This document shows, in pieces, positions 9,366 through 18,932 of a DNA stretch of 64,000 bases; the first letter of the stretch is position 1, and every line of letters begins with the position of its first letter. The stretch comes from Candidatus Micrarchaeota archaeon (GTDB taxonomy: Archaea; Micrarchaeota; Micrarchaeia; Anstonellales; Bilamarchaeaceae). The DNA is taken from NCBI GenBank assembly GCA_018304385.1, contig JAGVWJ010000014.1, positions 13,621 to 77,620 of the forward strand. The letters run 5' to 3'. The notes under the pieces were generated by a model. That model had not been told where the DNA came from. It saw nothing but the letters and a program-made list of their open reading frames with translations, and did no database searches. Position numbers and translations under genes: made by a program.

Positions 9366-11135
9366 TTACTTAACAGTCACGGATTTCGCCAAATTTCTTG
9401 GTTTATCTACATCTCTTCCGAGCGCAAGCGCAGTATAATAAGCAATAAGTTGTAATGGAATGGTTTCAAGCAATGGATAAAGAATCTCGTCTTCTTTGCT
9501 AAGCTCCGGAAGCTGAATCCACATGTTAAACGAAGGATGTGGCTTATCGCTTATACCAATTAGATACGCTCCGCGAGCCTTTGTTTCCAATCCATTGCTT
9601 ATGCTATCATGGTAGGTATAATCTGTTGGGCAAATTAAAATAACTGGTACCCCGTGTTCTATTAATGCAAGCGTACCATGTTTAAGCTCGCCTGATGGCA
9701 TGCCTTCTGCATGAATATAACTGATCTCTTTAAGTTTAAGCGCACCTTCTAATGCAATAGGAAAGTTTACTCCTTTACCAAGAATATAAACATGAACTTT
9801 ATTCTTTAGATATTCTGCAATTTCTCGTGCTTTTAGATCAAAATAGGATATATTTTTATCGAGCATACCAATAACTGATTCTATTTTTTGTTTTTTAATT
9901 TCGCCAGAGAGTGCAAACGCAATTAAATAAAATGCCAAGATCTGATTGCTAAATGCTTTAGTAGATGCAACCGCTATTTCAGGTCCACAGTTTGTATAGA
10001 ATACCTTATTACTGTCTCTTGCTAAAGAAGAGGAAGGTACATTCACTATACTTATTATTTTCAATCCGCGCTTCTTTGCCTTGCGAACGCACTCCATGAC
10101 ATCTGCAGTTTCACCGCTTTGAGAAACTGCCAATATTACAGTATCTTTGTCAATCTCATCAACAAAATAAGAAAACTCATGCGCCATCATAACTTCGAGC
10201 GGGAATTTAGCGATCTTATTTAGAATATGTTTACCAATAACTGCAGAATGTCTCGCTGTTCCACAACCTATCGCAATTACTTTCTTATTATGCATCTCAT
10301 TTGCCAAATCCTGTGCTGAGTCTAGATTCATTCCTTGACGCATTACTACAGGTTGCTCAACTATCTCTTTTAGCATATAATGTTTATATTCTCCAAGCTC
10401 GATCTTCTGGTTTTTCCAATCTAATTTAGTTGATTGCTTGGTAACAGAATTATTAGTAAGGTAGTTAAAAAATTCAAACGTTATTTTATTACCAGATTTT
10501 TTTGCTAAAGCAATATCCCCTTCTGTCAAAAATATTGCATCATCTGTTTGATCAATAAATGCAAGAGGATCGCTTGCAAATATAGCTTCTTTTTCTGCAA
10601 TGCCAATGGCTAACGGGCTCTCGTTCTTAATTGCCACAAGCTGATCGCTATATCTTGCATCCATGATAACAAGAGAAAAGGAACCTCTTAACATTGGCGC
10701 GATTTGTTTTGCACGTTCGAATAGATCGCCTTGTAATTTTTCGAAAAGATGTGTAACAACCTCACTGTCAGTTTGTGATTTGAAAGTGTGGCCTTCCTTA
10801 ATGAGCTGCTCACGAAGTTCTAAGTAGTTTTCAATTATCCCATTGTGTACTATAGCGATCTGATTATTGCAATCAAGATGCGGGTGGGCGTTTGCCTCGG
10901 TTACATTTCCATGAGTTGCCCATCTTGTATGCCCTATAATAATACTAGCAGGATGATTAAATGTTGCTTTAGTTATCCTGCCTATTTTCTTTTCCATTAC
11001 TATCCCTGAGCTATTGATTGATGCATAACCCCAGCTATCATACCCGCGATATTCTAGCCTCTTTAGGCCTTCCACAATATCGTGTATACCTGAATCGCTT
11101 TCATTTAATTTTAGTAAACCTATAATTCCACACAT
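9366..11135 (-). CDS. glmS: glutamine--fructose-6-phosphate aminotransferase
   Basis: N-terminal MCGIIG nucleophile, two SIS domains and a C-terminal LAKSVTVK. 589 aa. Confidence 0.95.
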   Translation of the reverse strand: MCGIIGLLKLNESDSGIHDIVEGLKRLEYRGYDSWGYASINSSGIVMEKKIGRITKATFNHPASIIIGHTRWATHGNVTEANAHPHLDCNNQIAIVHNGIIENYLELREQLIKEGHTFKSQTDSEVVTHLFEKLQGDLFERAKQIAPMLRGSFSLVIMDARYSDQLVAIKNESPLAIGIAEKEAIFASDPLAFIDQTDDAIFLTEGDIALAKKSGNKITFEFFNYLTNNSVTKQSTKLDWKNQKIELGEYKHYMLKEIVEQPVVMRQGMNLDSAQDLANEMHNKKVIAIGCGTARHSAVIGKHILNKIAKFPLEVMMAHEFSYFVDEIDKDTVILAVSQSGETADVMECVRKAKKRGLKIISIVNVPSSSLARDSNKVFYTNCGPEIAVASTKAFSNQILAFYLIAFALSGEIKKQKIESVIGMLDKNISYFDLKAREIAEYLKNKVHVYILGKGVNFPIALEGALKLKEISYIHAEGMPSGELKHGTLALIEHGVPVILICPTDYTYHDSISNGLETKARGAYLIGISDKPHPSFNMWIQLPELSKEDEILYPLLETIPLQLIAYYTALALGRDVDKPRNLAKSVTVK

Positions 11136-11270
11136 GCTATGTTCTACCCCTGTTTTCTCATTCTTATATAGACGTCGTACTACTTATGTTCTCTATAGGG
11201 ACGTGGTCTTATATATTCTGCATGCCACGTCGGCCGTTCTATGTCCTCCTCATGGAAGATAAAAACTTAG
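11136..11270 (-). repeat. promoter-leader repeat, copy 3 (upstream of glmS)
   Basis: Minus strand: gtttttatcttcc..catagaacggccGACGTGG-catgcagaatatataaga-CCACGTCcctatagagaacataagtagtacgacg..aagaatgagaaaaca..catagcATG. The arms are 11200-06 and 11225-31. Confidence 0.8.
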
Positions 11271-11340
11271 AAACAAAACCTTTATAAAACCTATGTAAAA
11301 AAATTTTTATAACTACTAAAAAAATATTTTAGGTGGTAAC

Positions 11341-12234
11341 ATGAGACTAGTAAATGAAAATGGGGAAGCCCTTAGCTGTATGGAAATAGATAACCAAAAG
11401 ATTGCTGCATTATCCGAAGAAAGATTACAGATACTAAGGATGTTAACAAAGCAGCCCATGTACGCAGCAGAGATTGCGCGAGCACTTGGTATGGAGGAAC
11501 AGGCGCTCTATTACCATATAAAGCTGCTACAAAAGGCAAGGTTAGTGAAGTTCACTGATTATGAAGAGAAAAAAGGAGGGGTGGCAAAAAAATTTATTGC
11601 TAGCTCTGAGAGTATTGCATTAGTGATAAGTAATAATTGGAAGCACTATACACATTCACAAATCTCAGTCCCAAAAATATTCACTCAATTTATTGATGAT
11701 GGAGCATTCAATGGAAAATTTATTGTTGGTTCTCCTGACCCACATGGAAAATATCGCGCACGTGCAAGCGAATTTCCAATTTTAGAGTTGGCAATGCTAC
11801 TGGGAAGCTATGCAACATTTTCTTTTCCACTTTATGTACTTGACACACAACTAAGTGAAGCTGATAAAAAACAGAATCTGATAATAGCTGGTGGACCAAA
11901 GGTAAACATGCTAACTGCGGAAATAAATGATACATTGCCATTGCGCTTTGATAAAGCAACATTTGAAATTTATAGTAAATTTTCCAAGAAAAGATATAGT
12001 GGGAACATTGGTGTTATAGAGCTATTGCCAAATCCATTTGCAAAAAATAAGCGAATAATGGTTGTTGGTGGATTGAATCATCATGGCACGCGTGCTGCAA
12101 TATTTGCGATAATTAAAAAGATGAAGGAAGTAGAATCAGGAAACATGCATAATCCCAAGGCAATCGCAAAAGTCGTCGAAGGTTTTGATGAGAATGGAGA
12201 TGGAATAGTTGATGCTGTTGAGGTATTGGAATAG
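11341..12234 (+). CDS. ArsR-type winged-HTH regulator with uncharacterised C-terminal domain
   Basis: RLQILRMLTKQPMYAAEIARALGMEEQALYYHIKLL is a classic ArsR/SmtB HTH. The C-terminal 200 aa could not be assigned. Confidence 0.65.
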   Translation: MRLVNENGEALSCMEIDNQKIAALSEERLQILRMLTKQPMYAAEIARALGMEEQALYYHIKLLQKARLVKFTDYEEKKGGVAKKFIASSESIALVISNNWKHYTHSQISVPKIFTQFIDDGAFNGKFIVGSPDPHGKYRARASEFPILELAMLLGSYATFSFPLYVLDTQLSEADKKQNLIIAGGPKVNMLTAEINDTLPLRFDKATFEIYSKFSKKRYSGNIGVIELLPNPFAKNKRIMVVGGLNHHGTRAAIFAIIKKMKEVESGNMHNPKAIAKVVEGFDENGDGIVDAVEVLE

Positions 12235-12239
12235 TTACT

Positions 12240-12267
12240 GCCATGAGCTTTGGGCATTGAGCCAATG
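12240..12267 (+). repeat. heptamer array, GC type, 4 units
   Basis: gccatga gctttgg gcattga gccaatg, followed directly by the paralog-1 promoter motif. Confidence 0.8.
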
Positions 12268-12268
12268 C

Positions 12269-12297
12269 CTACCTTCTTAATCCCTTGTTACCACAAC
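12269..12297 (+). promoter_or_regulatory. conserved promoter motif of the repeat-protein family (paralog 1)
   Basis: ctaccttcttaatcccttgttaccacaac, ending 6 nt before the ATG. Confidence 0.6.
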
Positions 12298-12303
12298 TTC
12301 ATC

Positions 12304-13254
12304 ATGCATAAAGCTTCAGTAACAGTAGTATTTGGTAGAGAACACGAAACAAGACGTATTAGAGCCCCACATTTAAGACTAATTCAGGGTGGTTTAGCCA
12401 ATCATAAACCAGAACCAGAAGAAAGGTCAATTAACTCTTCAAGAACCGTAGAAACAGAATTCAAACGTTGGCTAGCCTTGTTTTTTATTAAGCGAGGATA
12501 TTTTTGTATTACCAAGAAAGGTTGTGATGAGCTAGCGGAAATTATAAGAAATCGATATATGGAGAATGCAAGAGAATATTTAGGTATAAACCCTACTGAT
12601 TCGTATAGGGATAATTATGTAATTACGGTAGTGGGAGTTTTAACAGATAGCAAGATTAAGGAAAGAATAAAAAGGCACATTAAAAAAATGCTAGAAGAAG
12701 GAAAAGCTGAAGAATTATATGATAAAGGGTACATTGATCGTGCTAATGAAGTAGATTGGGAAAAAAAAGAGGTACGTATTGTTGTAATAAGAAAACTCCT
12801 AGAGATAACTAGCATTGAACCTAAGGATAGTAGTTATGACCTTTTTAATAATAGTGGTTTAGTTAGAGTACTTAAAAAATATCATAAAGATTCTCACTAT
12901 AATGCTCTGGTAGAAGCAGGTTACGCATATTCTGAAGATGAGATTAAAGAACATGCAAGAACTATGCAATTTGGAACTGAAAGAATATATAAATGGGAGA
13001 TGAAAAGCGTTGGAAATTACTTTTGGGAAAGTATAGACATGAGAACTGCCGCAACTAGATGGGTCATATGGAAATTAAATAAAAATTCAAGAGAGATAAT
13101 ATTGGGTGATTTTAAAAATAATGGATTAGGCGGATTGTTAACTCATCATTACAAAGATTCTCCTTATGAAGCGCTTCTAGAAGCAGGTCTTGTCACTCCA
13201 GCAGATGAAGCACATATGCGCCGCTATGGCCAAGCAAGATTCAAAGAGGTCTAA
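12304..13254 (+). CDS. 87-aa-repeat family protein, paralog 1 (1.5 repeat units)
   Basis: Shares the EFKRWLALFFI..G...IT.KG..ELA N-domain and the DF.NNGL.GLL..Y..SPY.AL.EAGYAYSE.EI.EHA...F.T..IY.WE repeat with 18933..20459 and 23200..24474. Start chosen 7 nt after the conserved promoter motif. Confidence 0.6.
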   Translation: MHKASVTVVFGREHETRRIRAPHLRLIQGGLANHKPEPEERSINSSRTVETEFKRWLALFFIKRGYFCITKKGCDELAEIIRNRYMENAREYLGINPTDSYRDNYVITVVGVLTDSKIKERIKRHIKKMLEEGKAEELYDKGYIDRANEVDWEKKEVRIVVIRKLLEITSIEPKDSSYDLFNNSGLVRVLKKYHKDSHYNALVEAGYAYSEDEIKEHARTMQFGTERIYKWEMKSVGNYFWESIDMRTAATRWVIWKLNKNSREIILGDFKNNGLGGLLTHHYKDSPYEALLEAGLVTPADEAHMRRYGQARFKEV

Positions 13255-13307
13255 TTAACCTATAACATTTATAAATAAACAAAGGAATAAGATAACTAGG
13301 TGGAATT

Positions 13308-13526
13308 ATGGAATACGTTCAAATTTCTAAAGAAGAATATGAAAAATTGCTAAAATACCGAGACATTGTAAACAACATTGAAGAGGATATTCATGAAGAG
13401 CTAAATGTAAAACCTATAACTGATAAGCGAGCAATAGAGAAACTAAAGCGATTGGATAAGGAGGTAAAGGAAGGCAAAAGAAAAACTTTTTCTAAGGAAG
13501 AATTCCTAGCTGAATTCGGTAAATGA
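13308..13526 (+). CDS. putative antitoxin
   Basis: 72-aa charged helical protein, 9 nt upstream of a RelE/ParE-like gene. Confidence 0.45.
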   Translation: MEYVQISKEEYEKLLKYRDIVNNIEEDIHEELNVKPITDKRAIEKLKRLDKEVKEGKRKTFSKEEFLAEFGK

Positions 13527-13535
13527 GTAGGTCTA

Positions 13536-13805
13536 ATGTATAACTTGGAATTCGAAAATGACTGGAGATCATATTTCAGAAATGTTCCCCTAGATATTCA
13601 AAATCGATTTAAGAAAAGACTAGACAAATATGAAACTTTTCCTAGCTTTGCTTTCAGACATGAAAAGCATGGTTTGGATTTCTTTGTAGATGAAATAAAT
13701 CAGTATCGAGTTTTATTTACATCAGACGAAAAGTCAAAAATTAGAAGATTCTATTTTATTGGGGATCATAAAGAATATGAGAAATTTCTAGGGACTAGAA
13801 AATAG
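13536..13805 (+). CDS. RelE/ParE-family toxin
   Basis: 89 aa. The YRVLFTSDEKSKIRRFYFIGDHKEYEKFL C-terminal pattern is typical of RelE/ParE. Confidence 0.6.
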   Translation: MYNLEFENDWRSYFRNVPLDIQNRFKKRLDKYETFPSFAFRHEKHGLDFFVDEINQYRVLFTSDEKSKIRRFYFIGDHKEYEKFLGTRK

Positions 13806-13813
13806 TTGATCTT

Positions 13814-15016
13814 ATGGCCGAAAGTCAGCAACTCTACGAATTCAAGAAAGCACTTAAACGCTTGGGTGAATTTCGAGGAAGCGGAACAGAATTAATATCT
13901 GCATACATAAACTCAGGCTCACCCTTGCATGATATGTCGAACCGCTTAAGAGAAGAAATGAATCAGGCAAGCAATATAAAATCCAAAAGCACTAGGACAA
14001 ATGTTATTGGCGCGCTAGAGCGCATCCTACAGCATTTCAAAATATACAAACAAACACCGCCAAATGGCTTAGCTGTTTTCTGCGGCAATATAAGCGATAA
14101 TCCTTCAAAAACAGATATAGACATATTCGCAATAGAACCGCCATTCAAATTAGGTATTGGAACATACCGCTGCGATAGCAAATTCTTTTTAGAACCATTG
14201 CAAAAAATGATTGAAAATACTGATACATACGGTATAGTAGTATTAGATGGAAGAGAGGCAACGCTTGCAATTCTTAGAGGCACACAGGTTGATATACTTA
14301 AAAAAGTTACTTCAATGGCGCATGCAAAAATTAAGGTGGGTGGACAATCAGCTAGGAGATACCAACGCCTCATAGAAGAAAGCATAGAATATTATTATAA
14401 AAAAGTTGGAGAAAATATGGATGAATTTTTTGTTGGAAAAACAAAAGGCGTTATCGTTGGTGGACCAGGGCCTACCAAGGAATTTTTTATGAAAATGAAG
14501 CCTTTCAATTATCAAATAAAAGTTTTAGGGGTGGTTGATACTGGGTACACTGACGAATATGGTGTAAGCGAGGTCCTCACAAAAAGCACAGATATACTCG
14601 CAGAACAAGAGACAATAAAAGAGAAAAAACTTATTGAAAACTTTATTAGGGAAATAGTAAATGATAGGCTAGCAACATATGGAGAAAAACAAGTTAGAGA
14701 TGCAATAGAAAATAATCAAGCAGACAAGGTATTGATATCTGAGGGATTAGAATACAAAAAAGCTACATACTCATGCAACGCTTGCGGTGCAAAACAGGAT
14801 AAATTAACAAAAGAAAAAGCACAAGACAGGATTTCATGCAAATGCGGAAGTGAAATGAAACTAGAAAAAGAAACAGAACTATTGGAAGAAATTGTAGAAT
14901 TAGCTAGAGCACACAATATTGAGGTTGAAATTATATCAACAAATACTAGTGAAGGGTTGCAACTACTAAATGGATTTGGAGGGATTGGTGCATTTTTAAG
15001 ATACCGAACCAAGTGA
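13814..15016 (+). CDS. prf1: peptide chain release factor aRF1
   Basis: NIKS motif (ASNIKSKS) and GGQ motif (KVGGQSARRYQR). The C-domain carries a CxxC...CxC ribbon. 400 aa. Confidence 0.95.
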   Translation: MAESQQLYEFKKALKRLGEFRGSGTELISAYINSGSPLHDMSNRLREEMNQASNIKSKSTRTNVIGALERILQHFKIYKQTPPNGLAVFCGNISDNPSKTDIDIFAIEPPFKLGIGTYRCDSKFFLEPLQKMIENTDTYGIVVLDGREATLAILRGTQVDILKKVTSMAHAKIKVGGQSARRYQRLIEESIEYYYKKVGENMDEFFVGKTKGVIVGGPGPTKEFFMKMKPFNYQIKVLGVVDTGYTDEYGVSEVLTKSTDILAEQETIKEKKLIENFIREIVNDRLATYGEKQVRDAIENNQADKVLISEGLEYKKATYSCNACGAKQDKLTKEKAQDRISCKCGSEMKLEKETELLEEIVELARAHNIEVEIISTNTSEGLQLLNGFGGIGAFLRYRTK

Positions 15017-15020
15017 GGTT

Positions 15021-15056
15021 CTTAAAAAGCTTGTGATGCATCACAGGATTTTTAAG
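15021..15056. terminator. palindromic hairpin between convergent genes
   Basis: cttaaaaa (15021-15028) pairs with tttttaag (15049-15056), enclosing the perfect palindrome tgtgatgcatcaca (15032-15045). It lies between the aRF1 stop and the stop of 15069..15641. Confidence 0.6.
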
Positions 15057-15068
15057 ATATAAGAAGAA

Positions 15069-15641
15069 CTAAGATGAATTTGTTTGATTATTTGGCTGAG
15101 AAGTGGGCACAGGTTCTGGCTGTGGGGTAGGCTCAGGTAATTTTATATTTATATTACACGAATTAGGCGCATACCCCTCGCTAATGCCAACCTCTAGTTT
15201 GGTTTTATAGAATTTACTTTGGTTTCCTTGTTTTATATTGATAATTGGGTTTGTTGCAGCATTTATTTTATTTAGACAGCTATTAAGATCAACAACACCA
15301 TCTAATGTTGTGCATTCACTACCTTCTAAAGCAAAAATGGTTATGTTCTTTCCTACCAAACCTGTACTACCCGCAAAATCAATGCCGCATTGCTGAATAT
15401 TTTTTCTAATTACATCACTATTAACATCCCGAAGATCTTGAATTATAAAAACATCACTAGATGCTAATAGCCCTTCAGCGAATACATCTGGTTCTACTGA
15501 ACCATCACTGTTATCAGTTTTATTAATAGTATCATTAATTTTATTGTCATCAGCTTGTATGGATTTTGAGGGGTTTGCAAGAATCAGATAAGCAGCCACT
15601 AATGCCAGTACTACTAGTAAAATAGTTACAGTATTTTTCAT
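15069..15641 (-). CDS. secreted 4-Cys domain protein
   Basis: N-terminal signal/anchor (TILLVVLALVAAYLILA) and a P/Q-rich C-terminus. Its Cys-spaced domain resembles the C-terminal domain of the upstream 705-aa protein. Confidence 0.5.
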   Translation of the reverse strand: MKNTVTILLVVLALVAAYLILANPSKSIQADDNKINDTINKTDNSDGSVEPDVFAEGLLASSDVFIIQDLRDVNSDVIRKNIQQCGIDFAGSTGLVGKNITIFALEGSECTTLDGVVDLNSCLNKINAATNPIINIKQGNQSKFYKTKLEVGISEGYAPNSCNINIKLPEPTPQPEPVPTSQPNNQTNSS

Positions 15642-15650
15642 ATGTCTCCC

Positions 15651-17768
15651 TTATTTAAACAATGTTGATATGGTGCAGGATTTATAATAAGCACTGTCAC
15701 CATGCAAAAATGCTTTAGTATCATATATAGTTGAAAGAGCAGGTTTTTCTGGAACTGCAGAATAAGCAAGCACAAACGAGGTAGTATTCTTAAGCTCAAT
15801 CTTGCAATCTGATTTATCTTTTACTATGTCAGCAGAGGAAGACTTAACAGTACACGTATCACCAAGCTCATAGATAAGCACAGACTTATTATTAGCACGT
15901 AAACTATCTGCAATCATGTTGGCGCAGGATTTCATATTGTTGGCAGCATCATAATTAACACCCTGCAATTCTAGAGCAATTGCAGAGGACTTTTTAGTAT
16001 TAATATCATATATAAACTCTTCAATATCAGCTGCTGATGCAGTTTTAGTTAAGAATACATATAAAAAGACAGAGAATATTAAAAGGCCAATAATAAATAT
16101 TCCATATCCGCCTAATAATACAAATTTTACTAAACCAGTTGCTAGTCTGAATTTTGCAAAGATACCAAAGAAAACAAATAAAGATAGGGCTGCTAGAGAT
16201 AAGAATGTAATAGCTGCTACGCCTCCAAAAGAAAATAGCTTGTTAGATGCGAAATCACTTAGTGAAGTCAATTTAGTCAGAGATACAAGGCTTGCTAAAC
16301 CGCTATTTATGCGTCTTGCGAATGACCTGAATTTAGAGCTTGCTAATTGGAATAAACCCTCTTTTTGTATCTTTAACAATTCACTTGCCTGCTGTGAAAC
16401 ATTTGAATATGAAGCTGAAAGCTGCTGCAGCTCATTATCTGTTAGCCCTTTTGAAAAACTTGCATCTAAATTATTACTAACATTTTTCAATTCATCTAGT
16501 CTTTTTCTATCTTTGCTACTCAAATCTTTTGTATCTAGAAGGAAGATTATTGCATTGGCAGTACTCTTTGTACTTAAAGATTGGTTGTACAGTTGTAATA
16601 CCTTTGGAATTAAAAGTTTGGTTTCAGAAATAGCCTCTTCATAGTCTGCAAGATCCTGCTCGATTGTTGAAAAATTGCGAAGTTCAATACTATTGTTTAT
16701 TTTATTTGTAAGGTCATTTATTTTATTTAGGTTTATTCTTAAGGATTCATTGGAAACACTGTTTAATGCAGCAGATGTATCTGCAGAAACTTCACCTGCA
16801 CTTACTGATAATGGATCAAATAATGAAGAAAACTGGATTGCCTTTGTTTCAGAGGTCCTAAACAAGAATCTGGAAACTGTGTGGTTGTACACCTCAAAAC
16901 TTATAGATTTGTGATTTACATAAGGTGCAGATTTGCTTAAAATTGAATTCGCATTGTTTTCTAAAAGATTAAGTTGACTACCATTAAAAGATATGTCTGG
17001 GCACATCGCAAAACACTTTTCATCAATACATCTCTGAACTTCTGCAGGGTCAGTAGTTGGTGTTCTGACTCTTGTATTTTCTAAGGTAGATTTATGCGTT
17101 CTTAATTGAGGGACAATTGATTTTAGTTCGGTTAATGAGGATGCCAAGTTTTCATCGTTTATGTTTTCCATTAAAGATAACGCATTTCTAACTAGTTTAT
17201 CTGTTTCATCGCTTGCCTTTCCATATTCTTTTATTAAAGCAATCGTATCTTCAAAGCTTATTGTTTTTTTAATGCCTTTTGCATAACTCGCTGAATATAA
17301 GACTAGCGCTACTTTATAACAACCTTCATCACTATCACAATATATATACCCTGAACCATATTTGATCCCATTTAAAAGTAAAATTTGTCTACAAGCATAT
17401 TCTTCTTTGCCAAGAAATCTTCCACCATCATTTCTACTAAGATTATAATCTAAAATTGCCTGTTTTAAAGATGCCAACTCCTCTGTTGAAGGATATGTTG
17501 TTTGCTTATAATACGCACCAAGAACACTTTTTATGTCGTTTTCAGTCTGCAATGGCTCTCCATTTTTTAGAAGGAAGAGGGGTTTTCCATCTAATTGGAC
17601 TATAGAATAATTAATATTATCCAAGGTAAAGCTGCTTGCATTTAGTCTAGTTGCATTTTCTTTGTCATACAAAAAGTTTTTAGCATCAAAAGCAGCAAAA
17701 CTAAAATAGGATAAAAGTAAAAGATAAAATATACACCTTGCCGCCTTGAACATACACATATTCCCCAC
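15651..17768 (-). CDS. large membrane protein (extracellular domain + 4 TM + C-terminal 4-Cys domain)
   Basis: 705 aa with an N-terminal signal, a hydrophobic block around residues 500-590, and Cys-containing N- and C-terminal ectodomains. No family recognised. Confidence 0.55.
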   Translation of the reverse strand: MGNMCMFKAARCIFYLLLLSYFSFAAFDAKNFLYDKENATRLNASSFTLDNINYSIVQLDGKPLFLLKNGEPLQTENDIKSVLGAYYKQTTYPSTEELASLKQAILDYNLSRNDGGRFLGKEEYACRQILLLNGIKYGSGYIYCDSDEGCYKVALVLYSASYAKGIKKTISFEDTIALIKEYGKASDETDKLVRNALSLMENINDENLASSLTELKSIVPQLRTHKSTLENTRVRTPTTDPAEVQRCIDEKCFAMCPDISFNGSQLNLLENNANSILSKSAPYVNHKSISFEVYNHTVSRFLFRTSETKAIQFSSLFDPLSVSAGEVSADTSAALNSVSNESLRINLNKINDLTNKINNSIELRNFSTIEQDLADYEEAISETKLLIPKVLQLYNQSLSTKSTANAIIFLLDTKDLSSKDRKRLDELKNVSNNLDASFSKGLTDNELQQLSASYSNVSQQASELLKIQKEGLFQLASSKFRSFARRINSGLASLVSLTKLTSLSDFASNKLFSFGGVAAITFLSLAALSLFVFFGIFAKFRLATGLVKFVLLGGYGIFIIGLLIFSVFLYVFLTKTASAADIEEFIYDINTKKSSAIALELQGVNYDAANNMKSCANMIADSLRANNKSVLIYELGDTCTVKSSSADIVKDKSDCKIELKNTTSFVLAYSAVPEKPALSTIYDTKAFLHGDSAYYKSCTISTLFK

Positions 17769-17784
17769 ACAATATTTAAATTAC

Positions 17785-18771
17785 TTATCCTTCGCGATTA
17801 ATTACATATTCTGCAAGTTGGTTTAATGCTTTTTTTGCTTCAGAATCTTTTAAACCTTCTAATATCTTAAATGCCTTTGATTTAAATTCCTCTGCTTTTT
17901 TATTTGCATAATCAATCGCACCAATACTTTTGAGTATTGATATGACCTTTTTTAAATCATCTTGATTTTTAGAATGAGAGGATAGAATTTTCTTTATAAA
18001 CTGTTTTTCTTGTTCATTTGCATTTTTTAATGCATATATTATCATAAGTGTTCGCTTGCCTTCTGAGATGTCGCCTCCAATCTCTTTTTTATACTTTTCA
18101 AAATCCCCAATAAGATTCAAAACATCATCTTTGATTTGAAAAGAAAACCCAAGATATTCACCGGCAGATTTTAGATTATTTATATCACTCTTATTTGCGC
18201 CGCCTAAGTAAGCACCGATTTCGCACGCTAAGCCAAGTAGCGCTGCTGTTTTTCCACTAATCATATTGATATAATCGCTTTCTGAGATATCAAAGTTATT
18301 TTTTGTATGCCAATTAAGCTCTATCCCTTGACCTTCGACTACGCGTCTAAAAGCGGTTCCATATAACTGAGCTATATGTAATTTTTCCTTTTCTTTTAAT
18401 TCTAAATTAATTATTTCCTGCCAAATAGATGTATAAAATGCATCGCCTGAGTTAAGCGCAACTGGTATACCATAAATCTTATGAAGCGTCGGTTCGCCTC
18501 TTCGCATGTCAGAATTATCTTCTATATCGTCATGAATTAATGTAAAATTATGAAACAATTCGATAATGGCTGCTGGCTTGATTATTTTTTTACTATCGCT
18601 GCCAAATGCTTCGCAGCATAGAAAAGTTAGAATAGGGCGAATGCGCTTTCCACCCCTCTTTATGTAAGGTAAGAGCATATTATAGACTTCTTTAGGCTCT
18701 GCTGGAACCATTCTTTCAATTTCTTTCTCTAGTAATTCTAGCTCTTCTTTTACTAAATCATAAAATTGCAT
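17785..18771 (-). CDS. idsA: geranylgeranyl diphosphate synthase (polyprenyl synthetase)
   Basis: First Asp-rich motif LIHDDIEDNSDMRRG and second motif KDDVLN. Confidence 0.9.
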   Translation of the reverse strand: MQFYDLVKEELELLEKEIERMVPAEPKEVYNMLLPYIKRGGKRIRPILTFLCCEAFGSDSKKIIKPAAIIELFHNFTLIHDDIEDNSDMRRGEPTLHKIYGIPVALNSGDAFYTSIWQEIINLELKEKEKLHIAQLYGTAFRRVVEGQGIELNWHTKNNFDISESDYINMISGKTAALLGLACEIGAYLGGANKSDINNLKSAGEYLGFSFQIKDDVLNLIGDFEKYKKEIGGDISEGKRTLMIIYALKNANEQEKQFIKKILSSHSKNQDDLKKVISILKSIGAIDYANKKAEEFKSKAFKILEGLKDSEAKKALNQLAEYVINREG

Positions 18772-18811
18772 GAGAAAAATAAGCGAAGAGGGGTTTATAA
18801 TTATTGCTTTG

Positions 18812-18865
18812 CAACAAGGTTTAGCCCCTAGGAAAGTTATTTTGATTATGAGCTAAACCTCGTTG
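18812..18865. promoter_or_regulatory. 14-bp-stem inverted repeat in divergent promoter region
   Basis: caacaaggtttagc (18812-18825) matches the reverse complement of gctaaacctcgttg (18852-18865) at 13 of 14 positions, with a 26-nt spacer. It lies between the idsA start and paralog 2. Confidence 0.55.
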
Positions 18866-18896
18866 TGAGCACTGAGCCATGAGCAGTGGGCAAAGA
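18862..18896 (+). repeat. heptamer array, 5 units
   Basis: gttgtga gcactga gccatga gcagtgg gcaaaga, followed directly by the paralog-2 promoter motif. Confidence 0.8.
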
Positions 18897-18925
18897 CTAC
18901 CTTTTTAATCCCTTGTTACCACAAT
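18897..18925 (+). promoter_or_regulatory. conserved promoter motif of the repeat-protein family (paralog 2)
   Basis: ctacctttttaatcccttgttaccacaat, ending 7 nt before the ATG. Confidence 0.6.
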
Positions 18926-18932
18926 TAATGAT

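Noticed and set aside
11136-11270. Possible glmS ribozyme or riboswitch upstream of glmS.
   Set aside because: The same element sits upstream of rpoN, a Roadblock gene, an oxidoreductase and a tRNA, so it is not glmS-specific. The glmS ribozyme is bacterial, and I see none of its core.
14770-14865. CxxC...CxC zinc ribbon in the aRF1 C-domain as a novel insertion.
   Set aside because: From memory, many archaeal aRF1 proteins carry a Cys-ribbon mini-domain at this position, so it is probably a family feature. It needs an alignment to say more.
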